IMG/VR virus record: IMGVR_UViG_3300044580_000297
Coordinates: 1-31,469 of that record
DNA length: 31,469 nucleotides
Source of the DNA: a virus
Taxonomy: Duplodnaviria; Caudoviricetes
Strand: one strand, 5' to 3'
The position numbers and the translations under genes were made by a program. Shown one piece after another: positions 18,901-26,034 of this stretch (its first letter is position 1; every line of letters starts with the position of its first letter). Below the pieces are notes generated by a model. That model had not been told where the DNA came from. It searched no databases and was given only the letters and a program-made list of their open reading frames with translations.

Positions 18901-19640
18901 AAGGTGACACTATTCAAATAAAAACGTACGGCACAGCCAAAGCCGTAAAGGCAATGATAGTCCAGAGCGCAGACAATCAGAATAATATCATTGATGCCCT
19001 ATGCGTAAGAAAATATAATGCATATAATATGATAAAAATATATGCACCACGATTGTCCAGTGCCAACAATGCAAATGCAGGATATGTCTATATATATGAA
19101 GAGCCATCGCAGTCATTAGACGATACATATAGAAATTTTTTGGGCGGGCGATTAGTCGGAACAGGCGAAGTAATCGGGGCGGATGTATGCTCAGAAGTCA
19201 TACCAGAATATGGAATTAATACATTGATGCCAGCCACAGTAATGGAAAGAGCTACCATAGGAGACTTGCCATATACTGTCGAACATTTTGAATGGGCTTA
19301 TGGGAATAATATTGAAGAGTTCATTGTCGAAAAAAATACTGGACTAATTGCAGGCCAATGCTACAACTATCACGGGGTCAGTGACAGAAGATTTATAGTC
19401 ACCAGCGGATGTGATGAAAACTGGATAATGGAAGCAATCAGTCGTAATATTGGAATTACTATTACATTTGAAAATGTTGTAGTTAATGAAGGTGATGAAT
19501 ATTATATTTATTATAATGCCATTGCTGATATGCTAAGAGCAGAATATAATTTACTTATCGATGATGGAAATTATAATAATTACTTATTAAGTTATGATAA
19601 TAAATTAGGAAACACTATATTGGCGGAGTTTATAAAATGA
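12966..19640 (+). CDS. large multidomain tail tip/host-specificity protein (hub N-terminus, FN3, putative glycoside hydrolase domain)
   Basis: 2224 aa; FN3 motif LEWS...Y.I.Y...NLKPFLSYNFTVYAY; FDGLFMDDV and VYREFDGCYILYNP. Confidence 0.75.
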   Translation: MIKYNGIDIANSILEYNVNSVIDINTNIERTEVEIVIAKNNIINYTEDTIVEIEGQVYYVIEVNDTIDTIILTCHNIEYKLLYTDGFYYYDGDGFQDSKAYAGYTTPADHIKAILLRYINENKIDYASFEYAHNYLYELGILCDCEVKIEDNTTPYEFINSLCLNFLKIKTKKGKIQLIISTYDNVNYGRIIDDNFIVAINEVGKVKTEKYYTYNIAYDDNDETKIVQQSIGQNDVCDAYQYYIYDEQANWKQNELVGKYISIGTSNMVLHKIFANTSKYVYFDKINDNTGSQAYAIVDTNNVYKVDYSDYPIKMKSAQSVASVGINVLLKYNYINYYINFEVIDCDLTVGDYIIIQSDKYQLNTKHIITNVRKNSKSNAIKITAYSYNDSDNIINEYDYSDITLTGRRDETNAYLEWSSITNAIYYKIKYDMIGLFGIEVITTNAIATISNLKPFLSYNFTVYAYDYAGREIGRSNILNLYAIAQDVGYIDGSDGYWFDYPGWGYIDDYFYALTYKNISEADKYYLAKNNLVILDASQKEGTLTIQDFKQSTLFEKFSANKRSLGYIDTAGVSNYLAEFQYDDGNGCAVVNGFDKQITIKINGTDTVIQPCQEIPTSRQWYIKYGSDYCTYWYGTGFQLRATNANMREWFKTAKVKYTIGIFEIDTAQATVGTDTITFTTTKTYINNQWQNYFVCIKSGNNEYYAKILSNTASTITTELNKKISNGNYKIFITYNPYKSFDGLFMDDVWSEVYHNGTPVTFEQTQGTGYCESDFLEDETQEWVEGQFANQYVYINGQQLLIEWNDETCLYFTGCTSTGNVSYTIKDFYTVEEGQEYWQGIKQLIQEVATLAEYVSYEWEGNDTKCQNGIIVLNTWPERWSVYQEYANALCNNYRHLIMFEALQSTWDMRNEVTRQYNIIDFAEMMSRWNNMKITLNNGKKTRLISLGYPYSEQFLLSHIATGLLLTDRIDNVCDMVGAGNIPLNQLYYCAPMARDININTTIGRPIGNYQQSNNDKYGIVYREFDGCYILYNPSFSIKTIQMSLGEDCISYPEQKMYFTGNNTIILPPMSATILYKNNDYGRDAYEYLYNSRLYVNIDSNINWIVFTQQGANKIGNNSVWLVNGYYYQNEVIKDGTQPIPAGTIKQLFHAGDGITTSVDYNEPDYEDVVLGQADEKIELSNKGIYAIVKIVYNTTILEPGTDYAIEQSGHTNAGWTTKIVCLNSDFDSDTVRVYYYAQTINSGQLETLPQGLGFFGCCYGGKNLTLKTGDINQEDCDVTLTEGEDYYRIILSNINTWQYRKIVHKADKSETIDIKLNANEIYQYFDNKSIQGIHWGTVDCDNCILVNANGTSKWNEKNGAIIETTKTIAKPKVLVYGFRTKAREDNGAPVPPADRVIDNWSIASILYNKIGVYYDDVIVTGDYDGVLNTSNDGGKYGSINGLLNDTSKGLDTIDKIIDYFDVIIMADYFTEFASGQEKTQWCSWLEVNDYTLIKNYLKRRELNGQKGLIIDNRGVLNAFVYAGLDEPVKNSLLNKKNSRNLTDVAGILAYGTIDVNDYINSLSELYIKDEDGNYVKNTILSDYRFIKNIDKLTDYIAIDTEPVVNIWEQNSEYIFFIPKSRNSKNYIKTKAIDSNNLYLKWHNYLDADNTDFEKYENASECAMPIKRMPGFLYNDIGNFNTVGVAGWSETLGNNYTEENIVQPTPIMGEFGDLWFNPIIKYSQDEVDLITYKFLYLLEADDENYKSLFTYNYPLSQLWEGFKGFYIASADKEYLRSYYPTFEINRSAFTHYSPGGSYFTVERWGYAHGSDKASQNTNVKINYSNLFKINTWSDDIQDVIRISYASGGQNKIVPLQRMQGTYIWPYEGKIVNQVKNYDGTVDLYLNASEINVADIPIEEPLATGTLLKALMVVQDTNYSLCRLSIATTGYTGKYIFIFTTGGIKIYQIIYSAGEYLYGERLKWNEIVIKEKQWILAPYEGDTIQIKTYGTAKAVKAMIVQSADNQNNIIDALCVRKYNAYNMIKIYAPRLSSANNANAGYVYIYEEPSQSLDDTYRNFLGGRLVGTGEVIGADVCSEVIPEYGINTLMPATVMERATIGDLPYTVEHFEWAYGNNIEEFIVEKNTGLIAGQCYNYHGVSDRRFIVTSGCDENWIMEAISRNIGITITFENVVVNEGDEYYIYYNAIADMLRAEYNLLIDDGNYNNYLLSYDNKLGNTILAEFIK

Positions 19641-20740
19641 TAACAAAATTAACAAAAAATAATAAATTGTATACAAAGAAAATAAATGAGATTATTGATA
19701 ATCTTGGTAGTGGTGGCGGTGATGCCGATACAGTCGATGGCTATCACGCAGGAAATGATGAAGGTGAAGTCGCAGTTAATAATGGTACGCTTAATACAAA
19801 CCTTGATGCAGATAAATTGGATGGATATCATGCAGGGAATACAAGCGGAAGCATACCAATTAACAACGGCACAGTTAATACTAATCTTAATGCTGATATG
19901 TTAGACGGTTATCATATAACAGATATTAATGCTATAAACAATGATTTAAGTTTAGCAACTTATTCTAAATATTATGTTGTCAGCTCACTCAACGCAAGCC
20001 CTGCACACGGTGAATTGAATTATAGAACAAGCGATAATAAGCTGTTTAAGTATAATGCTGTTACACAGACGTGGACAGAAATAGACTGGGTGAATGCGGT
20101 GAAAGCGACACCTGAGTGGATAAATCAAAAATTAAGAACAACGAATGGATATTTAGAAATAGCGAATGGTTCGACAGGTTGGTATCAGTGTTATCCAGTC
20201 ATCGGCACATCAGAAATTCAGGACAGTACAAATTATAAGTATTTCTTATTACCTTCTGCTATGGCAGTATATAAAAACAAAAGTAATATCAACATTGTGT
20301 ATAATTATAACACTGGAATTCACTTAGACATAACGTTAATTTCAGGAGTAGGTACTGATTCAAAAGAAGTTTTACTTTATGTATTGCAGAATGAAAGCAT
20401 TACTATGTACAGTGCCTGTACATACTTTTATGATCCTTCTACATATATAGGTTATAACATGACAATTCATAATGGTATATATTTAGGGAATATATATGCG
20501 ACAGCAAGAAATCTATTCGCTTCCACACGTTTGAGTATTTACCCAGTTGCGGGAAGTTACAATATATTCGCCACAAGCATGTCTAAATATGTTGCTACGG
20601 CTTCACCTTATAATTATAGTTATATATCCTTAATATGTCAGGGTGCAATAGCGAATACATATTATTATATCTCTGCACTTAAAAACGATTCAGGCACAGC
20701 TAAAACTGCTGAGTATATGGCAATACGGAGGATAGGATGA
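19637..20740 (+). CDS. tail fibre/receptor-binding protein
   Basis: Three (L)DAD.LDGYH repeats typical of fibre shafts; Tyr/Ser-rich C-terminal domain. Confidence 0.75.
   Translation: MITKLTKNNKLYTKKINEIIDNLGSGGGDADTVDGYHAGNDEGEVAVNNGTLNTNLDADKLDGYHAGNTSGSIPINNGTVNTNLNADMLDGYHITDINAINNDLSLATYSKYYVVSSLNASPAHGELNYRTSDNKLFKYNAVTQTWTEIDWVNAVKATPEWINQKLRTTNGYLEIANGSTGWYQCYPVIGTSEIQDSTNYKYFLLPSAMAVYKNKSNINIVYNYNTGIHLDITLISGVGTDSKEVLLYVLQNESITMYSACTYFYDPSTYIGYNMTIHNGIYLGNIYATARNLFASTRLSIYPVAGSYNIFATSMSKYVATASPYNYSYISLICQGAIANTYYYISALKNDSGTAKTAEYMAIRRIG
19721..19915 (+). repeat. tandem 84-bp (28-aa) degenerate coding repeats
   Basis: DADTVDGYHAG / DADKLDGYHAG / NADMLDGYH with NNGT.NTNL spacers. Confidence 0.8.
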
Positions 20741-21087
20741 TAGCATTCGTTCAAAATGGTGTTATATATCTCGAAAAAGATATGGAATTCGTAAAAGATT
20801 ATACACACATTGCAACTGTTCCTGATAATGTGCGGACAGAAGATTTAATTATAGATGGCGACAAAATAAGACTCAAAACTGAAGCCGAAAAAGAAGCTGA
20901 TAGAAAATTACAAGAAGCACAAGAAGCAAAACAAAAATTTGTAGAAACCGACCCAGAAATGGCACGTGTTATAGAAGACATTATAGATGTATTGGTAGCT
21001 AAAAAAGTTATAGATTATAACGACCTGGCACAAGAAGTGCAGGACAAAATTAACGAACGCAAATTATTACGGGAGAAACTAAAATGA
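20737..21087 (+). CDS. probable tail fibre assembly chaperone
   Basis: Follows the fibre; TDPEMARVIEDIID...INERKLLREKL helical end. Confidence 0.55.
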   Translation: MIAFVQNGVIYLEKDMEFVKDYTHIATVPDNVRTEDLIIDGDKIRLKTEAEKEADRKLQEAQEAKQKFVETDPEMARVIEDIIDVLVAKKVIDYNDLAQEVQDKINERKLLREKLK

Positions 21088-21275
21088 AAATCGTTAACAA
21101 AATTTTAACAAGTAAATTTTTCATACGATTGTTTTTAATACTTATAGCAATAATTGTTATTCAAAAATGTCTTGGTGTTAGTTATATATCTGACACTTTG
21201 GTTCTTGGTTCTATGGGATTTGTGGCTGGTCTTATAGCATTATATAATAATGATAAGCATAAAACAGTATCATGA
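21084..21275 (+). CDS. holin-like membrane protein (2 TM)
   Basis: KILTSKFF start, two hydrophobic segments, basic tail. Confidence 0.55.
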   Translation: MKIVNKILTSKFFIRLFLILIAIIVIQKCLGVSYISDTLVLGSMGFVAGLIALYNNDKHKTVS

Positions 21276-21457
21276 CAGATAATGAATTTGAAGAACGGAT
21301 ACGATTATTAAAAATGTTGAACAAGAATATTATTTTAGCTTTAGAGAAAGCTAAAAAAGACTGGCACTATATTAGTGAATATGATAAAGCTGTACAGGAG
21401 TATGAGGATGAAAAAAACAAGTTGTATAGAGAACTACAACAAGATAGAGGTGATTGA
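21272..21457 (+). CDS. hypothetical protein
   Basis: ATGA overlap, 61-aa charged helical ORF. Confidence 0.55.
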   Translation: MTDNEFEERIRLLKMLNKNIILALEKAKKDWHYISEYDKAVQEYEDEKNKLYRELQQDRGD

Positions 21458-21715
21458 ATGTCTACAGAAGAAATTGTGGCGGCTGCAATTAGCAAGCTTA
21501 TTAATTGGATTATTATACTTGTTACGGGCTATTTTTGGCTTGTAATTAACCATATCAAAAAAGATATCAACAACGTTGCAGAATATGCACGTGAAGTCAA
21601 AGGCGATGTGGAAAGGCTCGAAGATATTACAACCTGTCTTAAGATAAATATTGGCAAAATGCAACAGCAAGTAGAAGACCATATAAAAGTATGTACCGGA
21701 AGACATAAAAAGTGA
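21458..21715 (+). CDS. single-TM coiled-coil protein (holin/lysis accessory-like)
   Basis: GAGGTG RBS; LINWIIILVTGYFWLVI followed by a coiled coil. Confidence 0.55.
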   Translation: MSTEEIVAAAISKLINWIIILVTGYFWLVINHIKKDINNVAEYAREVKGDVERLEDITTCLKINIGKMQQQVEDHIKVCTGRHKK

Positions 21716-21743
21716 TTGACAAATAAAAAAAAAATAGCATACT
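21716..21743 (+). promoter_or_regulatory. putative sigma70 promoter with A10 spacer
   Basis: TTGACA (21716-21721), 16 bp, CATACT (21738-21743). Confidence 0.5.
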
Positions 21744-21749
21744 GCAATT

Positions 21750-21914
21750 ATGGTGGGGATTGAATACATAATATTAGAAATCCTACATATCCTGGCCTGT
21801 ATATTATTATCGACAATAATTATCATAGCATTTATAATATTAGTAATTTGTATTCTATTATATAATTATAATAGAATGCCTAAGGTTATTGATTTGAGAA
21901 TAAATATGAAGTAA
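21750..21914 (+). CDS. 54-aa membrane peptide (not in ORF track)
   Basis: MVGIEYIILEILHILACILLSTIIIIAFIILVICILLYNYNRMPKVIDLRINMK fills the gap before the MTase; no SD, possibly leaderless. Confidence 0.45.
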   Translation: MVGIEYIILEILHILACILLSTIIIIAFIILVICILLYNYNRMPKVIDLRINMK

Positions 21915-21926
21915 AAAGGAATATGA

Positions 21927-22319
21927 ATGATAGTAGTAAGTCTATTTGATGGTATAGCGACTGCACGAGTAGCATTAGAAAGAGCAGGAATAGAAGTGAC
22001 AAAGTATTATGCAAGCGAAATAGATAAATATGCTATTTCAATTACACAGAAGCATTTTCCTGAAACCATACAAATAGGCGATGTAGCAAAAATTGATTGG
22101 GAATCTTTCCTTGCAAAAATAAACAATAATTACCATCTAACAAGGTTTGAGCCTACAAGTAAAATTAGTAAACTAAGCAGAAGCCACGGGGCTTGCCCTG
22201 TGGAGTGTCACTACAAAGCTCACACTTGCATCATTAGCACAGCCGATGCAGTTAGCTTATGCAGCAGCAAGAACAAAAAGGGGGATGTTGGAAATGGTAG
22301 ATTTATTAATAGGTGGTAG
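21927..22319 (+). CDS. C5 cytosine DNA methyltransferase N-terminal fragment (motifs I-III only)
   Basis: VVSLFDGI...YYASEIDKYA...IGDV, then non-MTase sequence; out of frame with the catalytic part. Confidence 0.75.
   Translation: MIVVSLFDGIATARVALERAGIEVTKYYASEIDKYAISITQKHFPETIQIGDVAKIDWESFLAKINNNYHLTRFEPTSKISKLSRSHGACPVECHYKAHTCIISTADAVSLCSSKNKKGDVGNGRFINRW
22021..22213 (+). repeat. 193-bp direct repeat, copy 1 (copy 2 at 23039-23231)
   Basis: Identical by eye except one T/C mismatch (22199 vs 23217); offset 1018 bp. Confidence 0.95.
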
Positions 22320-23232
22320 TCCATGTCAGGGATTCAGTTTTGCGGGTAAACAGCTGAATTTCTCTGACCCGAGAAGCAGATTATTTTTTGATTTCGTGGA
22401 GGCTTTAGAAGTGCTAAAGCCAAAGTATTTTTTGTTAGAAAATGTAAAAATGAAAAAAGAATATGAAAGGGTGATAACACAGCATTTAGGTGTCAAGCCT
22501 ATAGAAATCAATTCTGCTTTGGTGTCAGCACAGAATAGGATTAGGCTATATTGGACGAACATACCAGGTATCCAGCAACCAAAGGATAAAGGTATATTAC
22601 TAAAAGACATAATTATAAACGGTGAAGTAGATAGATATAAGTCATTCTGTGTAGACGGTAACTACTACAAGGGTGGAAATATCAAGCAATATTTTGAAAA
22701 ACATAGAAGGCAAATTGTCTTCACACAGAAGTTTGGTGAAGACTCACGATACTATAAGTTCAGAATGCTTTATCCGATAGAGTGTGAAAGACTTCAATCT
22801 TTACCTGATAATTATACTGCCATAGGTGTTATTGACGGTAAAGAAATACCCATACCAAAAACACAAAGATATAAAATGCTTGGCAATGGCTGGACTGTAG
22901 ATGTTATTGCACATATTTTTTCTTTCATACCAGAAACGCATTTACATACTGTTGTTAGTCTATTTGATGGTATTTCCTGCGGTCAATTAGCTTTGATAAG
23001 GGCGGGGAAGCAATATAGTAAATATTATGCTTCAGAGGTAGATAAATATGCTATTTCAATTACACAGAAGCATTTTCCTGAAACCATACAAATAGGCGAT
23101 GTAGCAAAAATTGATTGGGAATCTTTCCTTGCAAAAATAAACAATAATTACCATCTAACAAGGTTTGAGCCTACAAGTAAAATTAGTAAACTAAGCAGAA
23201 GCCACGGGGCTTGCCCCGTGGAGTGTCACTAA
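22294..23232 (+). CDS. C5 cytosine DNA methyltransferase, circularly permuted (motifs IV-X then I-III)
   Basis: GGSPCQGFS, LLENV, QNRIRLYW, ECERLQ, LGNGW, then VVSLFDGI, ASEVD, IGDV. AAGGGGG SD favours ATG 22294; the ORF track start is 22246. Confidence 0.85.
   Translation: MVDLLIGGSPCQGFSFAGKQLNFSDPRSRLFFDFVEALEVLKPKYFLLENVKMKKEYERVITQHLGVKPIEINSALVSAQNRIRLYWTNIPGIQQPKDKGILLKDIIINGEVDRYKSFCVDGNYYKGGNIKQYFEKHRRQIVFTQKFGEDSRYYKFRMLYPIECERLQSLPDNYTAIGVIDGKEIPIPKTQRYKMLGNGWTVDVIAHIFSFIPETHLHTVVSLFDGISCGQLALIRAGKQYSKYYASEVDKYAISITQKHFPETIQIGDVAKIDWESFLAKINNNYHLTRFEPTSKISKLSRSHGACPVECH
23039..23231 (+). repeat. 193-bp direct repeat, copy 2
   Basis: See copy 1. Confidence 0.95.
23155..23229 (+). 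mobile_element. IS200/IS605-family right-end-like remnant (also at about 22137-22211)
   Basis: AAGCAGAAGCCACGGGG-CTTG-CCCCGTGGAGTGTCAC: subterminal hairpin ending in TCAC. No transposase in the window; left boundary approximate. Confidence 0.5.
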
Positions 23233-23246
23233 ATTAGGAGGAAATA

Positions 23247-23339
23247 ATGCCATATTTAGATGTAAATTTTGAAATATATTGTAACTGTGGTGAACCATTA
23301 TGCAAACAGACAAATGTAAACGAACATATAATATATTAA
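23247..23339 (+). CDS. 30-aa Cys-containing peptide or truncated zinc-ribbon gene
   Basis: AGGAGG RBS then MPYLDVNFEIYCNCGEPLCKQTNVNEHIIY. Confidence 0.4.
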   Translation: MPYLDVNFEIYCNCGEPLCKQTNVNEHIIY

Positions 23340-23396
23340 AATGTGGAATAGTGTTACATGATGCAAAATTATTATACATAAACGGAGTAATATATT

Positions 23397-23822
23397 ATGA
23401 TAGTAACGAACCAAAAAATAACAAGTGATTATGGTGTAGAACGAATATTGCCTGATAGTAAAAAGCAAGTACATGATGGCATTGATTTCATATCACTAAA
23501 AGGTGATAGGACAGTGTATAGTATAACAAACGGATTTGTTGCATATGACTTTGACGATTATTGCCACATGCGACGATATGAAAAACCGAATACTGGCGGG
23601 AACATGGTGATTGTCACAAGTGTAATTAAAGGCGTTACTTATCATATTCGCTATTTGCATCTTGTCAAAAACAACGTTGTGAAAGGGCAGATGGTGTATG
23701 ATGGTATGCCTATTGGTGAATATGGCGATGTTGGATATTCATTTGGAGCGCATGTCCATCTTGATGTTTATACAGCCGATTGGAGTAAAAAAATAAATCC
23801 ACACTCTATATTGTTAATCTGA
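23397..23822 (+). CDS. M23 family metallopeptidase (endolysin)
   Basis: HDGID, GGNMVIV, YLHL, GAHVH zinc motifs, INP end. Confidence 0.9.
   Translation: MIVTNQKITSDYGVERILPDSKKQVHDGIDFISLKGDRTVYSITNGFVAYDFDDYCHMRRYEKPNTGGNMVIVTSVIKGVTYHIRYLHLVKNNVVKGQMVYDGMPIGEYGDVGYSFGAHVHLDVYTADWSKKINPHSILLI
23722..23765 (+). repeat. 44-bp exact direct repeat, copy 1 (copy 2 at 30217-30260)
   Basis: ATGGCGATGTTGGATATTCATTTGGAGCGCATGTCCATCTTGAT occurs at both sites. Confidence 0.95.
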
Positions 23823-23860
23823 CAAATATAAATAAAATGTAGTCAAAAAACGTAGCATAA

Positions 23861-23928
23861 TTTTTTTTAAAAAAAATCAAAAAAATTAAAAAAAAATGTT
23901 GACTTTATAATAGTGATGTGATTATATT
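23861..23928 (+). promoter_or_regulatory. putative strong early promoter with UP-element A/T tracts
   Basis: TTGACT (23899-23904), 18 bp, TATATT (23923-23928), preceded by T8/A8/A7/A9 tracts. Confidence 0.65.
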
Positions 23929-23964
23929 GATAATAGAATTAATTAATAAAAAAGGAGGAACAAA

Positions 23965-24210
23965 ATGAGAGAAGCAAAGGAAAAAATAATAACTGAAAAA
24001 AATAAAAAAGTTGTTATTGAAGTGAATTCAATAAGTGATTATAACGAATTATATAGGATAGCCAATGAATGGCTACCTATATTATTGGGATATGAAGACA
24101 TATCAATGATATGTCGTGAATATCCTGGCCCTGAAACAACAAGAATGTACACTCTGAATTTCCAGAATGTATTAAGGGCAGTTAAATTTGCAAGAGGTTA
24201 TTTGAAATAA
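23965..24210 (+). CDS. hypothetical early protein
   Basis: AAAGGAGG RBS, 81 aa. Confidence 0.7.
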   Translation: MREAKEKIITEKNKKVVIEVNSISDYNELYRIANEWLPILLGYEDISMICREYPGPETTRMYTLNFQNVLRAVKFARGYLK

Positions 24211-24260
24211 TAACTTGCCCCGCCCGCTGGGCTCTATAAGCGGGCAAAAAAGGAGGATAT

Positions 24261-24335
24261 ATGAAAAAAGTAACGTTAATGGACTTAAATGCACCAAGAG
24301 TAGTGACAAGCAATTTAATAATAAAGGGGGCTTAA
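24261..24335 (+). CDS. 24-aa peptide
   Basis: AAGGAGG RBS, MKKVTLMDLNAPRVVTSNLIIKGA. Confidence 0.4.
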   Translation: MKKVTLMDLNAPRVVTSNLIIKGA

Positions 24336-24336
24336 G

Positions 24337-24504
24337 ATGGAAAGAAAAATTTATTTAGTTGTGGATAAGGACAAAGCCGAAAGGCTTGTCCGCTGTTATC
24401 CTGAATTGAAGCGTCGTGTAGTGTATAATATGGCTTTTAATAAAGGGATTGAACAAATGATAAAGGAAAAGGAGGAACAAAATGGCAAAAAAACAACAAA
24501 GTAA
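24337..24504 (+). CDS. 55-aa protein, possible ribbon-helix-helix regulator (not in ORF track)
   Basis: AAGGGGG RBS; MERKIYLVVDKDKAERL... strand-then-helix pattern. Confidence 0.5.
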   Translation: MERKIYLVVDKDKAERLVRCYPELKRRVVYNMAFNKGIEQMIKEKEEQNGKKTTK

Positions 24505-25219
24505 AGAAGTAAAAAGCAAAGAAGTAATGAAAAAAACCCAAAAAAATGTCCAGATTAAAGAGCAATTTAATCTGGACAAGATAAGTAGCTTAATATTGAC
24601 AGGTGATTTACGGCAGTTATCACCTGAAGAGAAAGTGCAATATTATGGCAAACTATGCAAATCACTTGGTCTTAATCCTTTAACTAAACCATTTGACTAT
24701 ATAGTACTACAAGGGAGAGAAGTACTATATGCAAACAAAAATTGTGCTGAACAATTAAGACTATTGCACGGGATAAGTGTTGTTGATAGCACACAAGAGA
24801 TTATTAATAATATGTGTATTGTAAAAGTAAAGGTGCAGGATAAGAACGGAAGGTATGACATCGGGACAGGTGTTGTACCGCTTGGAAACTTATCTGGTGA
24901 TGCTCTTGCAAATGCTTTAATGAAAGCAGAAACAAAGGCGAAACGCAGGGCGACATTATCATTATGCGGTCTTGGGATGCTGGATGAGACAGAACTGGAA
25001 ACAATCAATATACAACATGCCGAACCAGAGATAAAAAAGTTAGTTGACAATCGAGCAGAAGCAATAGAAAAATTAAAGAAACTGCCTGATGAGATTAAAA
25101 CAAGAATGAGACAAAAGGGCATGAAGCTTGATGATGCTATTAAACTGTGTGAAGTTGCGAAATGGAATGTGGAATTGATTACAAAGGCGCTGGAGGATGA
25201 TAATGAAACTGGAAATTGA
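24482..25219 (+). CDS. single-strand annealing recombinase (Bet/RecT-like)
   Basis: LCKSLGLNPLTKPF and ANALMKAETKAKRRA.L...GLG.LDETE; adjacent to an exonuclease. Confidence 0.7.
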   Translation: MAKKQQSKEVKSKEVMKKTQKNVQIKEQFNLDKISSLILTGDLRQLSPEEKVQYYGKLCKSLGLNPLTKPFDYIVLQGREVLYANKNCAEQLRLLHGISVVDSTQEIINNMCIVKVKVQDKNGRYDIGTGVVPLGNLSGDALANALMKAETKAKRRATLSLCGLGMLDETELETINIQHAEPEIKKLVDNRAEAIEKLKKLPDEIKTRMRQKGMKLDDAIKLCEVAKWNVELITKALEDDNETGN

Positions 25220-25802
25220 AAAATTTGATAGAATAAATCATCAGTATTATTGTGATGGGCGGGTTATCCCATCTGTCACGAGAATATTGGAAACAAGTAA
25301 CTATTATAAAAATGTAGACAAGGAAATATTGGCACAAGCGGCGGCACGAGGAAGTTTATTGCATCAGAATGTTGCGTATTATATAGAAACAATGGATACG
25401 ATGAACGAGCCATTGCTTGACAAATTTGCTAAAACATTCGATAAGATACATAAATATATTGGCAATGTAATAGCAAATGAAATAATACTTGCCGCTGAAA
25501 TAAAGAATATGCGTTTTGCAGGAACAATAGATATTCTGACAGATATAGCAGTCATTGAAATAAAAAGTAATATGACAAATAAAAAGTTATACTGGTTACA
25601 ATTAGCTGGATATTCAGTGCTTGCAAAAGAAAACAATATGTCTAAAGCAAAATATTACATTATACTACATGTAAAGAATAATGATTGGGAATTTGCAATT
25701 GCAACAGGGAAAAAATTGAAAGAGTATGAGCGAATATTTATGTTGCACTTGCAAAAGTATTATTTGCAAGAGCAAATAAAAGAATATTTTAATAAATTAT
25801 AG
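25203..25802 (+). CDS. PD-(D/E)XK exonuclease
   Basis: IPSVTRIL, RGSLLH, FAGTIDIL, VIEIKS, LQLAGY; GGAGG RBS (alternative start 25197). Confidence 0.85.
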   Translation: MKLEIEKFDRINHQYYCDGRVIPSVTRILETSNYYKNVDKEILAQAAARGSLLHQNVAYYIETMDTMNEPLLDKFAKTFDKIHKYIGNVIANEIILAAEIKNMRFAGTIDILTDIAVIEIKSNMTNKKLYWLQLAGYSVLAKENNMSKAKYYIILHVKNNDWEFAIATGKKLKEYERIFMLHLQKYYLQEQIKEYFNKL

Positions 25803-25812
25803 GAGGTGTATT

Positions 25813-26022
25813 ATGATTATAGGAGCGGCTTGGCTTAAGGAAAAGGATGGACAAAAATACTTCTATGTTAAGTGTGATTTGCCGTTGTTAGGGAGCTTGT
25901 CATTTGTTATTAAAAAACGAGCAGATAAGAAAGGCAATCAGCCCGACTACGATGTAATATGGTATCCAGAAAGGAAACAGGGTGGTGCACAAGAAATACA
26001 AGAAGAAGAAATACCATTTTAA
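25813..26022 (+). CDS. DUF736-like putative ssDNA-binding protein
   Basis: IGAAW...QPDY motif and SSB-like acidic tail EEEIPF. Confidence 0.7.
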   Translation: MIIGAAWLKEKDGQKYFYVKCDLPLLGSLSFVIKKRADKKGNQPDYDVIWYPERKQGGAQEIQEEEIPF

Positions 26023-26034
26023 AAGGAGGATAAA

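Noticed and set aside
15250-19904. Alternative-frame plus-strand ORFs 15250..15441 and 19686..19904
   Set aside because: Nested in tail genes with no RBS or motif support.
22120-22293. Self-splicing intron joining the two MTase frames
   Set aside because: Only about 175 nt, and no group I or II core elements recognisable by eye.
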